Source: Hormoscilla sp.
GTDB lineage: Bacteria > Cyanobacteriota > Cyanobacteriia > Cyanobacteriales > Desertifilaceae
DNA: 16,833 nucleotides
Direction: 5' to 3'
Assembly: GCA_051439505.1 (NCBI GenBank)
Contig: JBFRWI010000095.1
Span: 1-16,833 of the forward strand
Shown: piece after piece, positions 16,585 to 16,833 of the stretch
How the letters are laid out: each line of letters opens with the position of its first letter
Numbering within the stretch: the first letter of the stretch is position 1
Notes under the pieces: generated by a model
The model's database searches: none
What the model saw: only the letters and a program-made list of their open reading frames with translations
What the model was told of the DNA's origin: nothing
Program-made: the position numbers and the translations under genes

Positions 16585-16758
16585 ATATCATGTCAGATTA
16601 AATGCCAAAAGATAAAAATTAGATCATCTGTAGGTTGGGTAGAGGCACGAAACCCAACCTGGTCCTGGGTAACGCGGGACACTCTAGATGGTAAGAGTCG
16701 GGGTTTATTAATTGTGAGTTATCTGTAGGTTGGGTAGAGGCACGAAACCCAACCTACA
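16585..16758. mobile_element. Second copy of the ATATCATGTC-ended MITE, with two GTAG REPs
   Basis: Starts atatcatgtcagattaaatgc (compare 4057) and shares the ~90-bp core. REPs at 16630-16659 and 16725-16757. No right TIR seen. Confidence 0.7.
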
Positions 16759-16788
16759 AATCAACACTTTATAGATAATACTTTCAGT

Positions 16789-16833
16789 GGGTGTGGTCAA
16801 AAGTAGTTGTAAAGGATCCCCCCCAAACCCCCC
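16789..16833. mobile_element. Start of another GGGTGTGGTCAAAA-ended element (runs off the window)
   Basis: 14-nt identity with 365-378, followed by C-rich repeat-type sequence. Confidence 0.5.

Overview
Cyanobacterial chromosomal DNA: the HIP1 octamer GCGATCGC is frequent, and the repeat types resemble those of filamentous Oscillatoriales-like genomes. The left end looks like a defence-island edge. It holds a decayed 3' fragment of cas2 (in-frame TAG, cut off by a MITE), then a two-gene operon encoding a RecQ-like helicase fused to a C-terminal phosphoribosyltransferase domain and a DprA/Smf-domain partner (the RqlH/RqlI architecture). About 1 kb of nested palindromic repeats and MITEs follows. 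The remaining genes are a UDG-family protein, a PRTase, an orphan SbtB/PII-like protein, a ChaN-family protein, two tandem Cache-domain histidine kinases (one with a degenerate G2 box), an inositol monophosphatase-family protein, a PD-(D/E)xK-like protein, a PucC/BCD MFS transporter and an aldo/keto reductase. The C-terminus of the PD-(D/E)xK-like protein has been replaced by a fresh MITE with 17-bp TIRs and a perfect 10-bp TSD. A recurring theme is REP-like palindromic cores carried inside MITE shells with different terminal repeats. All calls come from reading motifs by eye; no database searches were run.
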